From: Neolecta irregularis DAH-3
Lineage: Eukaryota
Length of the DNA: 37,882 bases
Direction of reading: 5' to 3'
NCBI GenBank assembly: GCA_001929475.1
Contig: LXFE01004415.1
Location: 1 to 37,882, forward strand
Below the pieces are notes generated by a model. That model was not told the DNA's origin and did not search any database. It was given only the letters and a program-made list of their open reading frames with translations. The translations under genes were made by a program, and so were the position numbers. Position 1 is the first letter of the stretch; each line of letters starts with the position of its first letter. Positions 12,671 through 25,703 of this stretch are shown here, in pieces.

Positions 12671-15600
12671 TTAGTCAAAGACCCATGATGCTGCTGCTTC
12701 TCTCTCACCGACACTTGTTCCGATAAAAGGTTCGTCAACAGATTTTATTGCCATGCTTCCGCACAAAACACATTCGGCTGCAATGAGGTGCTCCAATTCT
12801 TCTAGGTGCTCCTGTGTCCTTTTGCCTTCAATACCGGTCATCTGTGAAATTTCTAGATTGAGTTCCGCAATCCTCTTCCGTTGTACCGATGTTGCAACGC
12901 CCTTTGAGACTCTTGCAATCAAACAATCAGCGTGAAATGTATGTTGGCAGGGGAAGACGTAGAATTGTCGTGATAGTAGAGGATACTGGCAATGAAAACA
13001 ACGTTCTCCAGCTTGTATAATGGTATATCTCTTGCTTAGTTCGGTTATATCTGTTTGAATATGTTCTGCAGACCGTACAGAGTCGTCCATTTCGCGACGA
13101 AGCTGATCAATATGACTGCTATAATCTTCTAAAGCCGCACAAATTTCCTCCTAATCACATCAGTCATGAATTCTTCCCATTATTAACCTTGAAGTCATCT
13201 ATTACGACAAAATCTGGAAAGAACGGCACAAGATCTTCAATCTTCAAGAGACTGCATCGTTTCAGGAATTGAATTGCACTGCTGATGAGTGAAAAGTATT
13301 CTTGAAAAGTCATACGTCTTTATACCATCAGATCCAGAAACCACCTTTTGTGCAATGCGCAACCACAATTTCTTACGCGTGTTATCATCATCTTCCACCT
13401 GCTCGGCGACTTGGATTGCAAGTTCCACATCATCATACTTCAAAGCCATGTCTACTCCGCGTTCAAAAAGGCTCATAGATGAGTAGACATGGACACAGCT
13501 GCGGACATGGTCAAATTGACTACATAGGCGAAGTGCGAAATCCAAGTCGTAAAACGGTTGTGTCTGGCCTTAGCAAATGAACGGCAGCTTGCAATACCTG
13601 AGATTGCAAATAACACAAGAGCGCATCCTCATCCCCCGATGGATTCCTCGCGTAGATACTGATCAGAGTGTTGTGAACGGAAGAGTCGTTAATTCTAAGT
13701 TCAGTGATGGCAAAATTCAAGTATCTGATTGCTTGGTTCTAGAGCAGTCAATTATAAGCAAGATTACTATGCATACATTTTCCAGCGAGCCACCAATATG
13801 TTCGTTGTACCGCAACAATGCTGGGATGAGCCTTCGGGGATCAATATCGTTCTGCCGCATCCATATGTCGACGCTCTCTTTTGGCGATTTAATAAGCAGA
13901 ATCATGGCATACTTGTAGAAAATCTCCACCTCTGATTGCTTATTGAGAATCGCCAGCGCTTCTTGCCAATCTTGTTTGCGAACAAGATACGAAAGAAGAT
14001 AATCGTAATCCTGAACAATATTTGCAAAGACCAACATCTCATGCGGCCTGGCAAAACTGTTGATTAGATCGTAGGTAGCTTGGATATCAAGGTCTTTCTA
14101 ATTCCTAAGCCCTCTGTTGAACAGAAGAATATACCCTGTGGTTTGTAATGAACTCTTTGAACTCAACACAAATATTTGTCCTTTCTCGCTCAAGATTTAC
14201 TTTATCGGTCTGGAGTTTTCCTTCGTTTGACATAGCATCATCCAACTCGTTCATCTTTGTCAGATATATTTCCAAAACCCAAGTAGCGATCATCGTCCTC
14301 TGCATTAATAAATCTCGCTTCAGATTTGATAATTTTTTGACAAGATACAGAGACAAGGCATCTCGCTGGTTGTATTGGAGTAAACTCAATGTTACTTCAT
14401 CGAAGGGTTTAGTTGTTTGGGCATATATGGTAGCAGCTTGGGCATAAGATTGTTTTGCTATCATATCGTTTGCTTCAGCGATTAAGATGATGTCTTTCTG
14501 TGAATCGGCTTTCGCGAGCTTGAATGCAGAATCGAATGCTTTTCTATGGAGGAAGATTTTCCAAATATCGCGATCTTCATTGGAAACCACGACTTCATAA
14601 ATGGATTCGGCACTATAGATCCAGTACGTTGATTGAACGGTATCTGCAACAAAGCCTATTATCTTTTCGCCTGGTAACTTGATTAATCAGTTTTGTTAGA
14701 AATAGTTGGATCACCTTGGGAACTTTGTCTTGATAAATTATTGAATCATTCAAACGGTTGATAGCAGTGACCACGTCATTGCGGAGAATTAAGATATGAT
14801 ATTTGCTTGCAGCAATAAGCAGCGGGTCATTTGATTGTTCAAACAAGGTAGAGTACCTGTGGGTGAGCATCAATTCAATGATTTCATCCATACGGTATTA
14901 TTTTTGCATCGGAAAAAACGAGATCACTGTTTAGTGTTGATATGTCTAGGGTTTTCAACTCGCCATGAAAAATACCTGCGCCAGCAGCCCAAGCAAAGCT
15001 ACAGGAAGCTGCTGTTGATGGACCGATTGAATGCAGGTCTGGCGATATAGAAAGATGCGAATCGCTTCTTGCTTGTGAGAACTCTTGAAAATCTGCGACG
15101 AATAAGTTCTCCCGTGTTTAATACAGCGTACTAGATTTTTGGACGTGAAGTTGTTCAAAGAGTTTGGGATAAATGGGTGCTATGTCTGAAGATGTTCTCG
15201 CAACATTCCCTGAAATGAATGCAATTTTTGCAGGAGTCGCAATTAGAACAAAACGATGGGAAATCTGCCCTCCTATGGAATCTGAATGGAGTCCCACTAT
15301 AGAGTTGTTTGCTGGGTCACGATATAGCTGAGTATCACCAAGGGAGATATGCACGGGCAGATGATACCTGCTTCAAATACCGCTCATCCCGCTTAAAGTA
15401 TTCGTCCGCAGTTTCAATATACGTTTCGAAAATGGTGCCATTATCGAGACCAATGAGTATCTCCTTTGTAGAATTCGCCGTGGCCTGCTTATTCCATGCA
15501 ATCGAGCGAATATTGGAGCCCTTGAGCCGTGATAGGGGTTTTCCTTTTGTCCAACGCGAGTTGATGTAAAAGTTATCGCCTGGGTCGGTCGAGATGATCA

Positions 15601-15929
15601 AATGATGACCTGTAGCGTCTTGGAACAACCGTGATATCGGAGTGTCATCCCCTGGTTTGCGTGTGATTTCAAGATCTCGCTCCGGATGAGCGATTGGAGA
15701 ACACATACATACCATCAATATCCTGAGGATTTGCAAGATCCAGTCTGAGCAGCCGGCCCGAAGCCAATGCCATGATAAGAATATTGTTGCTGACGGTCAT
15801 GGCGGTTATCGACACTGCGAACTGGAGCTGGACTCTGGATATGGAGAAGATATCTGGTTGCTCGACAACGAGTCCTTGTGCGGCATCTTCGATATATGCT
15901 TGTTCGTGATCCAATGGCAAAGCAGCCAT
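12671..15929 (-). CDS. VPS18: HOPS/CORVET subunit Vps18/Pep3
   Basis: FQDATGHHLII, EILIG, EDRDIWKIFL, MIATWVLEIYL, FYDLDFALRLC, KKLWLRIA and C-terminal RING CFHC...FYVFPCQHTFHADC...AAECVLCG. Ten short introns. Confidence 0.95.
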
Positions 15930-16080
15930 GGTATATTATATGGGTGTGGTGTTGTTGATTCAGGTGGTTAGGCGATGCGATTGACACGAGACATGCGAGA
16001 CAGGTTGAAACATTTAATTCCTTTCAATCAAAGCAGCCCACTCGCCTGTTCCTTTCATCCAGATGTGCAAAAAGTAAGCA

Positions 16081-18721
16081 ATGGCCAACTATACACCACA
16101 TCCTTCAACATTTTCAAACCATTCATCGCCATTATTGCCTGATTTTGCACTAGAACGCCGCTCTGCGGTCAGAACATGGGACCAAGAAACAGTTTGCGAA
16201 TGGCTGCGTTCAATAAAGTGCCAGAAATACGAACTAGTCTTTACAGGAAAGTTCTATTTGCATGGCTGCGTATTCTTATTCGATCCAGATAACCACATCA
16301 CCGGCGATACTTTGCTCGAATGCGACCAGCAGGAACTCAAGGAACTGGGAATCACAAAGGTGGGCGACCGCATTCGCATTCTCGTTGCAATAAAGGCACT
16401 GCGTACTAAACACAAAAAGTCAAGGGTACTACTCCTATAACCGGTATGCGTATTCAGCATCATAGGCTCCGTCTGAAAACACCAGCAGCGCTCCCAGTCC
16501 GTATGATCCGCAGTATGTGCATCCAACTCCTCCACCAGAACATTCTTCAGGTCTGTCAAAGCGCTTCTCCTCAGTATCGCCATCCAACCCGCGCTCACTG
16601 CAGTCGCCAGCACATGATGTCGGTCATGGCCATCAGAGAAACCAGCCAAGCATCGATGCAAATGCGAATATTATGTCCATAGACAGCGTCAGACAGGTAG
16701 CTTTATCAACTGGTGCCGTATACTAACCTGTACCAGAGCTGTGTAAAGTTCATCGGCGAAGGTGGTCAAACTCGCATTGTCAACATCCAGAACTGTACTA
16801 GCGCGGGATCAATTCTCCAGAAAGCGCTAAAGAAATTCAATCTTCAAGATGATTGGACCAAATGGTGTGCGTCAGTTACCACAGAGAGCGGGTCTGCTCG
16901 CAAAGTGCCCTCTGAGGAATTAGTACAGATATGCCACGATCCATCACGTTCAGAACGCGAACGGCTGATCCTTCGATTAACAAAGAAGCCTCCTTCAGTA
17001 GAAGATTACAAGAGGGCGCATAGCATTGCACGCGAACAGCAGGCAGCAGCAGCTATGGCGGGTAATCTTTCATCAAATGCAAAAATGAGAAAGCTCGAAA
17101 CGTTCTTTGGCGAAAGGCCGAGTCCGTCATCAAACAGCTCTCCATCCCAAACACCAACCAGCGGGTCACATCTCAAAGGCCCTCAAAAGCGTCTGCGGAA
17201 TTTCTTTGGCCAGAGACCTCCCAGCGAGCTTATTTCCTCGAATTTGGCAGAATATTTTCCAGGTCATGGCAAGGAGGTCCTCGAACAAACAGTTCGGAAT
17301 TCAATGATGCGAAGATCGCGATACCGGTTCAGCGTGGCCACCCAGGGCAGCTCTGTATCAACTCGTGATGCTCCTCCAGTTCCCGTTGTCAACGAATCAT
17401 GGTTACAGGGCAATACATCAGCCGTATCTCTTGCTAAACCTCCTGCTCGACCCCCCAGACCTCTATCACTACGGCGGGTCATCCCGGCTATTCCTGATGA
17501 AGAGAGTCAAGAGAATCAAGAATCTTCTGAGAATCAACAAGACTCGACACCAGATGATATGCCCTTTCGTCGAGTCTCTGCGGATCGAAGAACAAAATCA
17601 TCAAGTCGTAAATCATCACGAGCGTCACATGTCTCTCATCTATCAATAGCAGAAAACCCATTGCTAGAGGAAACTGAAGAAGCAACAATTGTTCCCTGCT
17701 CAGCTTCCCAAACATGTATTCAAATTACAGATGTCGATGGTGAAGCAGTCAAGGTCGAGGGAGAGTACGAAGAAGGCATCTTCCTTGACGAGGAGGAGCC
17801 TGATTATGACGACCATGGTCCTACGAAATGGATTCGAGGAGCTCTTATTGGAATGGGCAGTTTTGGCAGTGTTTATCTTGGAATGAATCAAATCAGCGGA
17901 GAACTAATGGCTGTTAAACAAGTCGAATTACCTGAACAAGAGGTCCAGGGCGAACAGAGAAAGAAAACTATGTTGGATGCTCTGCAACATGAAATCGCTT
18001 TATTGAGAGAATTACAGCATGAAAATATTGTGCAGTATCTTGGTACATTGCATTACAAGTCGAAAATACTAATCGAATTTCAGGTTCGAATTCAGATGAC
18101 ACGCATCTAAATATTTTCCTCGAATACGTTCCAGGCGGCTCGGTAACTGCTCTTCTCAACAATTACGGCGCCTTTGAAGAGCCATTAATTCGAAACTTTG
18201 TTCGTCAAATCCTGCAGGGATTGAGTTACCTCCACGAACGCGATATCATTCATCGGGATATCAAAGGCGCAAATATTCTTGTCGATAACAAAGGAGGAAT
18301 AAAAATATCCGATTTTGGTATCTCGAAAAAGGTTGAAGCGAATTTACTTTCAACCGCCCCGAATCATCGTCCTTCACTTCAAGGATCTGTTTATTGGATG
18401 GCACCAGAAGTTGTAAAGCAGACCTCCTATACAAGAAAAGCGGATATTTGGAGTCTCGGCTGTCTCATCGTTGAAATGATGACTGGCACTCATCCATTTC
18501 CTGAATTTAGCCAGATGCAGGCTATTTTCAAAGTATCCCCCTTTTCCCTCATTACACAGTCTGACAACATATAGATCGGAACTTCGTGTTCGCCAGACAT
18601 ACCGCCAGCAGCAAGTGCCGAAGCTCAAGATTTTCTCTCGAAAACATTTGAGTTGGATCATCACCTTAGACCAACCTCAACAACATTGTTGATACACGAG
18701 TTTCTGGCTCCACTGACATAG
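16081..18721 (+). CDS. STE11: MAPKKK Ste11/Byr2 (SAM + Ras-binding + kinase)
   Basis: SAM domain ([10 protein letters not shown]...[15 protein letters not shown]), [20 protein letters not shown], kinase motifs [27 protein letters not shown] and [11 protein letters not shown]. Five introns; the first (16247-16288) would be GA-AG. Confidence 0.96.
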
Positions 18722-18929
18722 ATTTTTCAAAAAGATGCTACAGGTCTAGTCTAGCAAGGCGGTAGGGCTGATTGATATAAAGGTGGAGGTATTCTTCTTT
18801 TGCATGTTGAGTTTTGTCTCCAAGGCTTTTCTCTGTTTATTCACTTTTTTATTTTTTTCTGGAGTGGGTTTGGTAACTCGTTTTGGACGGCCGCATGATA
18901 AATATACTTTTGTAAACTGGATATAAAAC

Positions 18930-21159
18930 TTAAAGTGCACACATGTAGGAAGGCCTCTGAGCGCACCAAAGCGGTTGTATTGGTTCTGCATGAATACTTT
19001 TGCTGATCATGCGGAATCTCATTTCATGAAGTCGTGGTGTAGCTTCCAGGAATGTTCGATTGACACCATTGCTGTCTTGTCTTCCACTCCACAATACTTC
19101 GGCTGCTGCTGATGCTCGAGGCCAGAGCATCCTGTCCAGATTACTTGAGTCTGTTTGTTCCGCTAATCTTTTGAGTCAAGGTCGAGCCAAGGATGATACC
19201 CCAAAGATGAATTTCTCCGCCAATCACAGACTTGGTTTCTTCAATTGTCTATGACATAAGAATTAAAGGTTAGTCTTAGGAATGTGTATTACCAAGTTTG
19301 CCAGAGGATCATAACTATATATCAACTTGAAGAATTAGTTTAATCTGATATGTTCATACCCGCCAGCTCTTCACCGGGGAACAATAATCAGCAAAGGGAT
19401 AACATGAATGATAGGATTTCGCTGTAAAATCAAGCCATTGCCCACGCCCACAATCCAAATACCAAAAGTCATAGCTTCCCACAATTGCCTAGCCATAAAT
19501 TTTTGAGCGTGAAGACTCAGCATGCCTTGTACCCTTTTTGTATAACCCTCTTTACATTGGCTGCGGATTGCCAGACCTGGACAGTAGTATTCTTTGCAAG
19601 CGAGATATTCCAGTCACTTCAAGGTCACCAAAGTTTGATACGTCAGACATACAGAAGCATTTCCTCCCAGACGATTGCCTGCATATCATGTTTAAACACT
19701 TCCTTATGGGCATGTCTTTATATTAGCGCCATGTAAATCTGGCATATCATACTGTACAAAGCGTTCTACGAACGGTTGAAGCGTGGGTCCATCCGAAGTT
19801 CCAAGTGTGATTTCATATGCCTTTTTGTTGACTTCATCTCCCCCTAGTATATTGTTTAGTGAAAGAGGTTATTCTGATACTAACCAGTATGATAATATTG
19901 AGTATGGTGAACTAAACGGGGAAGGAAATCAGCGAACAGGCCAGACACAAAGTCTTCGACATTTGAGTCATTCAACTTCAACTTTCTATCAGTATAAATA
20001 TTCTGACCATTTCCCACACCGTCCCGGAGGGAGGTTCAGCTGCGTAATCTCCCCAAGGCTATTTAACTTTAGCGCATAAGCGAAAATCACTGTCACCTGA
20101 ATATTCGCAGAGGTTATCAATTCTGGGTGCGAGTAAGCAATGGAAGTACTATGACCAGGCATATCTAGGCATAAATCTCGATTCTTAAAGCCTCATTATA
20201 TTTACCTGTTTCCATGAGTATTTGGATGCCACGATCTTCAGCGGCCGATAGGAGGCTTTGTATATCTTGTGTCGAGTAATATTTTGTAGGCGAATATGCT
20301 GCTTTGATAAGTTCAGGAAAAGCCGGAATTTCAAGTGGCCAAGATTGAGCATCTGTGATGTGCAGATGAAGTCTAAGGTTAGATGAAATATATGATTTTT
20401 GGATGAAAACCTGTTCATTTTATTAAAAGCCATTGCATCGATCGTCCGAAGGATATCTTCTTTAGAAAACCAATTGCGAGATCTGCAAATTTAATGAAGA
20501 ATATCAAGAATTAACTCACAGATCTAGGTTGATTCCCCGATGTAGAAATCTTGGAGTGTCTGTAATCGAAACTGGAGCAATTTTAGTATACGGGGGTCCC
20601 CATGTATGTGTATAGAAGAGCTGAGAAAGTGTTGTGAGACCGTGAAGAATTCCGCTGCTTGTGGCTCCTGTAATCAGGATTTCTGTCGAATTATCCATTA
20701 TTCGAAGATCGTATGATTCATTCTCGTTTTCTGTAAGCACAGGCTTGACAGTATGCAAGTCTGAATTCCTTTAAATCAGTGGTTTTAGAGCCAAATTATT
20801 GTAATACAGCTGTACAAGTCGGACTGCATTGATTGTAAGGGCTTTTTCTATCTCTACAATAGATGGTTCAAATTTTGATATATCTCCAAATGGCTGCAGC
20901 ATATCTGGCACAAAGACCTTTGTAAAGAGATTGATCTTGAATCTTTCAATCGCACGATTTATTTTGGTCGTAGTCTCTGGTTTGACTTCCTGTAGTGAGC
21001 GAAACGTAATATTCGGATTGTCTTGTAATCAGCGACATGTCCGTTAATAAGATCCACACAGCTGAGCTTGACCACGGTATTTCCGGTAGACATTGTCGCA
21101 GGAATCGGCCATATCGCTACTGCAACTGCAATGAGAGTAACGATCAAGGGCAGCAACAT
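18930..21159 (-). CDS. Secreted beta-N-acetylhexosaminidase (GH20)
   Basis: Signal peptide then IWPIP, HRGINLD-SRNW, LHLHITDAQSWP, DMPGH, catalytic HTGGDE, VWEE, WYLDCG, GGEIHLWAEQ and LWPRASAAAEVLWS. The frame is restored by 14 short introns, one of them GC-AG (19489-19525). Confidence 0.92.
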
Positions 21160-21695
21160 GATGAATTGAGGATAGAAGAAAGTAAGACTTTCCACATATA
21201 TATACTTTCTTTCTCAAGCTAGTTCAATTTGGTGACCACTGATTTGAGACAACCAGCGTGTGATCTATCAGAAGAACATATTTCAATGTCTCTCTCACAT
21301 CCAAGAGCCTACTACCAATTCAGAATTAGTCCTTCTGCTTGAATAGAGACTTCCTTTGACCGAGTATGTTGTTTCAGAACGGCAAAGTCACGGGTATTCC
21401 CCGCTTGGCAATCGCCTCAGCCCAACCACCTCCTTGAATCGTTCGTTGTTTGCAGGTGTCGTACTATTCGGACAAGCCAATCTAGCGGTTATTCTCTCAG
21501 CTATACCGAGGTTGATCCATGGCAACTGTGTAGTTGCTCTCTACCTGCATACTCGGACTTTCCAATCTCGTCCATCGTCTACCTGTTCCGCCTACTGAAA
21601 CACCCCGTCTTTACAACTTCTCCGACGAAAATAAACAAATCGCAGCTCGTAGCCTGGTTGTACGCACTGTGTAACGCGATTCTTTGTCGGTAATT

Positions 21696-24421
21696 ATGGA
21701 TTACGACTCGAGTGCGGGGAGACAGTGGAGTATTCAGCAATGTCAACAGCGACAAGATCGTCCTTCGTCGGACTCGCAACTGCGGACTCCAAAGACAGAC
21801 AGGCACATTTTGCCCTCGCCGCATATTGGCGCGAGCGACACAGGCTCGCTGCCTTATCAAGCCTCAAATTCACCTTCTCGTCGAGATCTTGGCAGACTGA
21901 GCCAAAGTGAGTCTTTTGTGCCTTCTTATCCGACTTCGCCCAATCTTCCGCCTCCTTATTTCAGCCAGTCAACCGGGAATATAATACAATCGGCACAGCG
22001 ATCGACTATTTCGCGCTGTAGTCCCGCGCATCAAGACGCTTTTTCCCACCAAGGCGATGGAAGCTACAACTATAGTGGACAAGCCTCGCCTATGTACCGC
22101 GCCAGTCCAGGAACTGTTGACGCTTTTCAGTTCCCGCAATTATCGCCTATGCATGCTCAGTCTGTTTATAACCATGCGCCGCCTTCCGCAGTCCTCAATG
22201 TTCGGCGAGCTGCGGGATACGACAGCCCCGCATCGCACAATCCACAGTTCTATAACACAGAATCCATTTCTAGACGACCACCAGCAGCACAAACAACACC
22301 GGGACTAGGTTTTGACACTCCATTAACATCTCAAGGAACAAGATCGCCTAAGCGACCATCAACACACGCAATTGAACCGCCCCAGCGATTTCGCAGGGTG
22401 CGCGCACGGACAGATCTGGTTCCCAAACGCCACGAAACCCCGAAATTTCGGAGAGCTAACCCCGATGGCGGCTTCATAAGTGTATTTCCATATCTGCATT
22501 TGCATTACTGACGTAGATAGCCTCTCCAGGCTATGACTATGCACTTGAACTCCACATTTGCTATTTGCAACCCGAATTTTGTATACGATATATCGAAGAA
22601 TCCCCGGAGAGTCCTTACAAAGCCCAGTAAAGGAGTCAAAAACGATGGCTACGACAATGAAGATAGTGATTACATTCTCTATGTCAACGATACTCTTGGG
22701 AACGGAGAGGGTCACAAGTACAGTGTCCAATTATGGTCTGCTAATAAGATAGATATCTCATCCTCGATGTACTGGGTCAAGGCACCTTTGGACAGGTCGT
22801 AAAATGCCAAAATCTCAAATCCCGAGAAGTCGTCGCAATAAAAGTCGTCAAAAATAAACCTGCATATCTAAACCAGAGCAGAATGGAAGTCAATATACTG
22901 CATCTGGTATCTCGTGCGTGTAGGCCTGCGGCTAATTGATTTAGTTGAATCAGCAATTGGATAAACACGATGAACATCACATTCTTCGCATGAAAGATGA
23001 TTTCATGCACCGTAACCACTTATGTCTTGTTTTCGAACTTCTTAGTGTGAACCTTTACGAGTTGATCAAACAAAATCATTTTCGCGGCCTTAGCACAAAT
23101 CTTGTTCGAGTATTCACAGCACAGTTGCTTGATGCTTTGACGGTATTGAATGAAGCAAAGTTGATACACTGCGACTTGAAACCCGAAAATATTCTACTGA
23201 AAAAGCATATATACTTTATCTACTCAACTGACCCTCAAGCTTGGACAGTCCGGCTATTAAAGTCATTGATTTCGGATCCGCGTGTCATGAGCAAAAGATA
23301 GTTTATACATATATTCAGTCTCGTTTCTATCGAAGTCCTGAAGTGCTGTTGGGAATACAATACAACTCGTCAATTGACATGTGGTCTCTTGGCTGCATCG
23401 TTTGCGAATTATTTCTAGGACTGCCGCTGTTTCCAGGAAGTTCAGAATATAACCAAGTATCGAGGATGGTCGAGATGCTTGGGTAAGACCAACTCTCTAA
23501 AATGTGACTCACTTCAGGACGCCCCCGACCTGGATGCTTGAGAAAGGTAAGCAAGGCGCCGAGTATTTTGACAAAACAACGGACGAATTTGGAGGTCCTC
23601 GATATCGATTAAAGACCATGGAACAATATTCGAGGGAGCACAATACGAGCGAGCAACCCAGTAAGAAGTATTTCTCTGCTACAACGCTTCCTGAAATCAT
23701 CAAAACATACCCTTTACAGCGAAAAGGTTTATCTCAAGCAGAAATCGATAAAGGTAGAACGCTCTGATTAACTGCCTTAATAAGAATAGAGAAAGCCAAT
23801 CGTTTGTGCTTTATTGACTTTGCGCAGGGTCTTCTAAACCCGAATCCGTGGGAACGCTGGACCCCACAACAAGCTAAACTCCATCCTTTTGTTCGAGGAG
23901 AACCATTAGCTGTTCCCTTTGTACCTCCTGCCGCCCAGCTTGTTCGCCAGCCTCGCCTTCCTCATAGCACGAGCTCAAGTATTTCTCGCCAAACTGCGTC
24001 GCATTCTTCACACACAATGTCACCACCACACACGAGTGCGTATCCTCCTACGTATAACGGCGCGCCCATTCATCCTTATGGACCAACCTTGTATAGTCCA
24101 CCACGGCCTCCAGCCATATCAAGTCAATACCTACCATCACAACCATATCATAGTTCTCATCAATCGCATCTTGCTCCTTTATACAGCTCTCGTCCGACAG
24201 CCACCGGTCCTCGTCCGCGCGCAAACACCCAGATCGGCCCTATTCCCTCTCAAATCGCAGCTCATCTGATGGCTCCAGAACAACGAAACGCCCAACCTAG
24301 TCCTGCCGCATATTATCCTTCACCTGAGAACATGCTTTCAAATATGGATTTTAATGGACAGCATCATGTACGTGGACGAAGTAGCACACGGATTCTCGAG
24401 GAAGGCACTCTACCGTTTTGA
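21696..24421 (+). CDS. YAK1: DYRK-family kinase Yak1
   Basis: [60 protein letters not shown] and [13 protein letters not shown]. Six introns, one GC-AG (23205-23239). Confidence 0.95.
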
Positions 24422-24620
24422 TTAATCCACATGTTCAAGACATTGAGAAAAGAGATAAATGTAAATTAACATCTCAGAGTGAACATGCGAAGCATGCCAA
24501 GACGAGGAAACTGTTGATTCAGTTGGTGGCCTCGTCTTATTTCGTGTTTCAATCACTTGCTCCTCGTCTTCAAATATAATTTAATTGTAGCGAGAACCAA
24601 AGCAGGTGACATCTAGCAAT

Positions 24621-25568
24621 TTATCTACGAAAAAGATTGTCTCTAACAGGACCAATTTTGATCCATGACTTTTCTATAATTTCAACCTCCAATGATCAGC
24701 TCATCAATGGTTTTCATAGTGACTTTACCATCTCAATGAATTTGTTATCCTGAAGGCATTCTATGATCCAATCTTCCAAATTCTGTTCTTGAAATACCAA
24801 GGAATCCTCCGGTGATTTTGAGGAGGAATGAGATAAGCCGATTTATTGAAAAAGTACATACCGGCAAGAGAAAATTAATTTTACTAGCAGAGGCTTTCAC
24901 TGACAGTGACTGCTCGGGCAGATTGTCCTTTGGCGAAGATGCTGCCAGCTGAAGTGCATACATATGCCGTTTCTGGGAACAATTCGAGTTAGAAGGATAT
25001 GTGCTAGCCCGTGAGACATCTTGGAAGATAGAGGATCCAGGTGAGGACGGAGCCGTTTGTGAAGAATTTGTTGGTCTCGTGGGTTTTTGGGTCGCGTTAT
25101 ATGGTTGAGAACTCATTGAGATTAATCTGTCTTTCTCTGTATTTGATTTTAGACTATAAATACTCTTAAGAAGATCTCGATGTACGCTTTCAAACGTATC
25201 ATCATCCATAAATCGCATTTGGAGACGTCTAAGTTCCTTTTGTTACTGTTCCGCGGGCAAGAGTTGCCAAATACATGTTTCTGGCCATCAAAAATCTTGA
25301 TTCCTAGGCAAGGAGATTTTGAAATAGCAGTAATGATATGTTTGTGATCAATAGTATAAGTTCCATCATCAAAATTTGCTGTTGGAGACAATTGGAATGA
25401 TTCCAGCAAATTATTATCATTCTTGATTTCAAGGAGGGTAGAACACAGAACTCCGACCAGAGGTAGAGCAGACAGTTGAAGTCTAAGATTTGGACCATAA
25501 TCATGCGACCAGACAATTTTTGGAGTAGATTTAGCAGTAGAGTATTTTGATATCCTATAGCTTTGCAT
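24621..25568 (-). CDS. REC114: Meiotic double-strand-break protein Rec114/Rec7
   Basis: N-terminal ISKYS...WSH, SKSPCLGIK and RRLQMRF, a Ser-rich linker, and a spliced C-terminal helix LEDWIIECLQDNKFIEMVEIIEKSW resembling the Rec114 C-terminal motif. Three introns; the second acceptor (24807) is uncertain. Confidence 0.75.
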
Positions 25569-25703
25569 TGAAAAGAGATATCTTTGGAGTTAGGTGGGGG
25601 GAGGTGAATCTATGCTAGATTAATAAATTAAGGGCCTTGGATATTTTAATATTGCCACTAATAATCAGCCTTTGAAACCACACTCGCTCACCTCTACCGG
25701 CAC

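Noticed and set aside
18930-21159. Hexosaminidase as a pseudogene
   Set aside because: All stops and frame changes fall inside plausible short introns.
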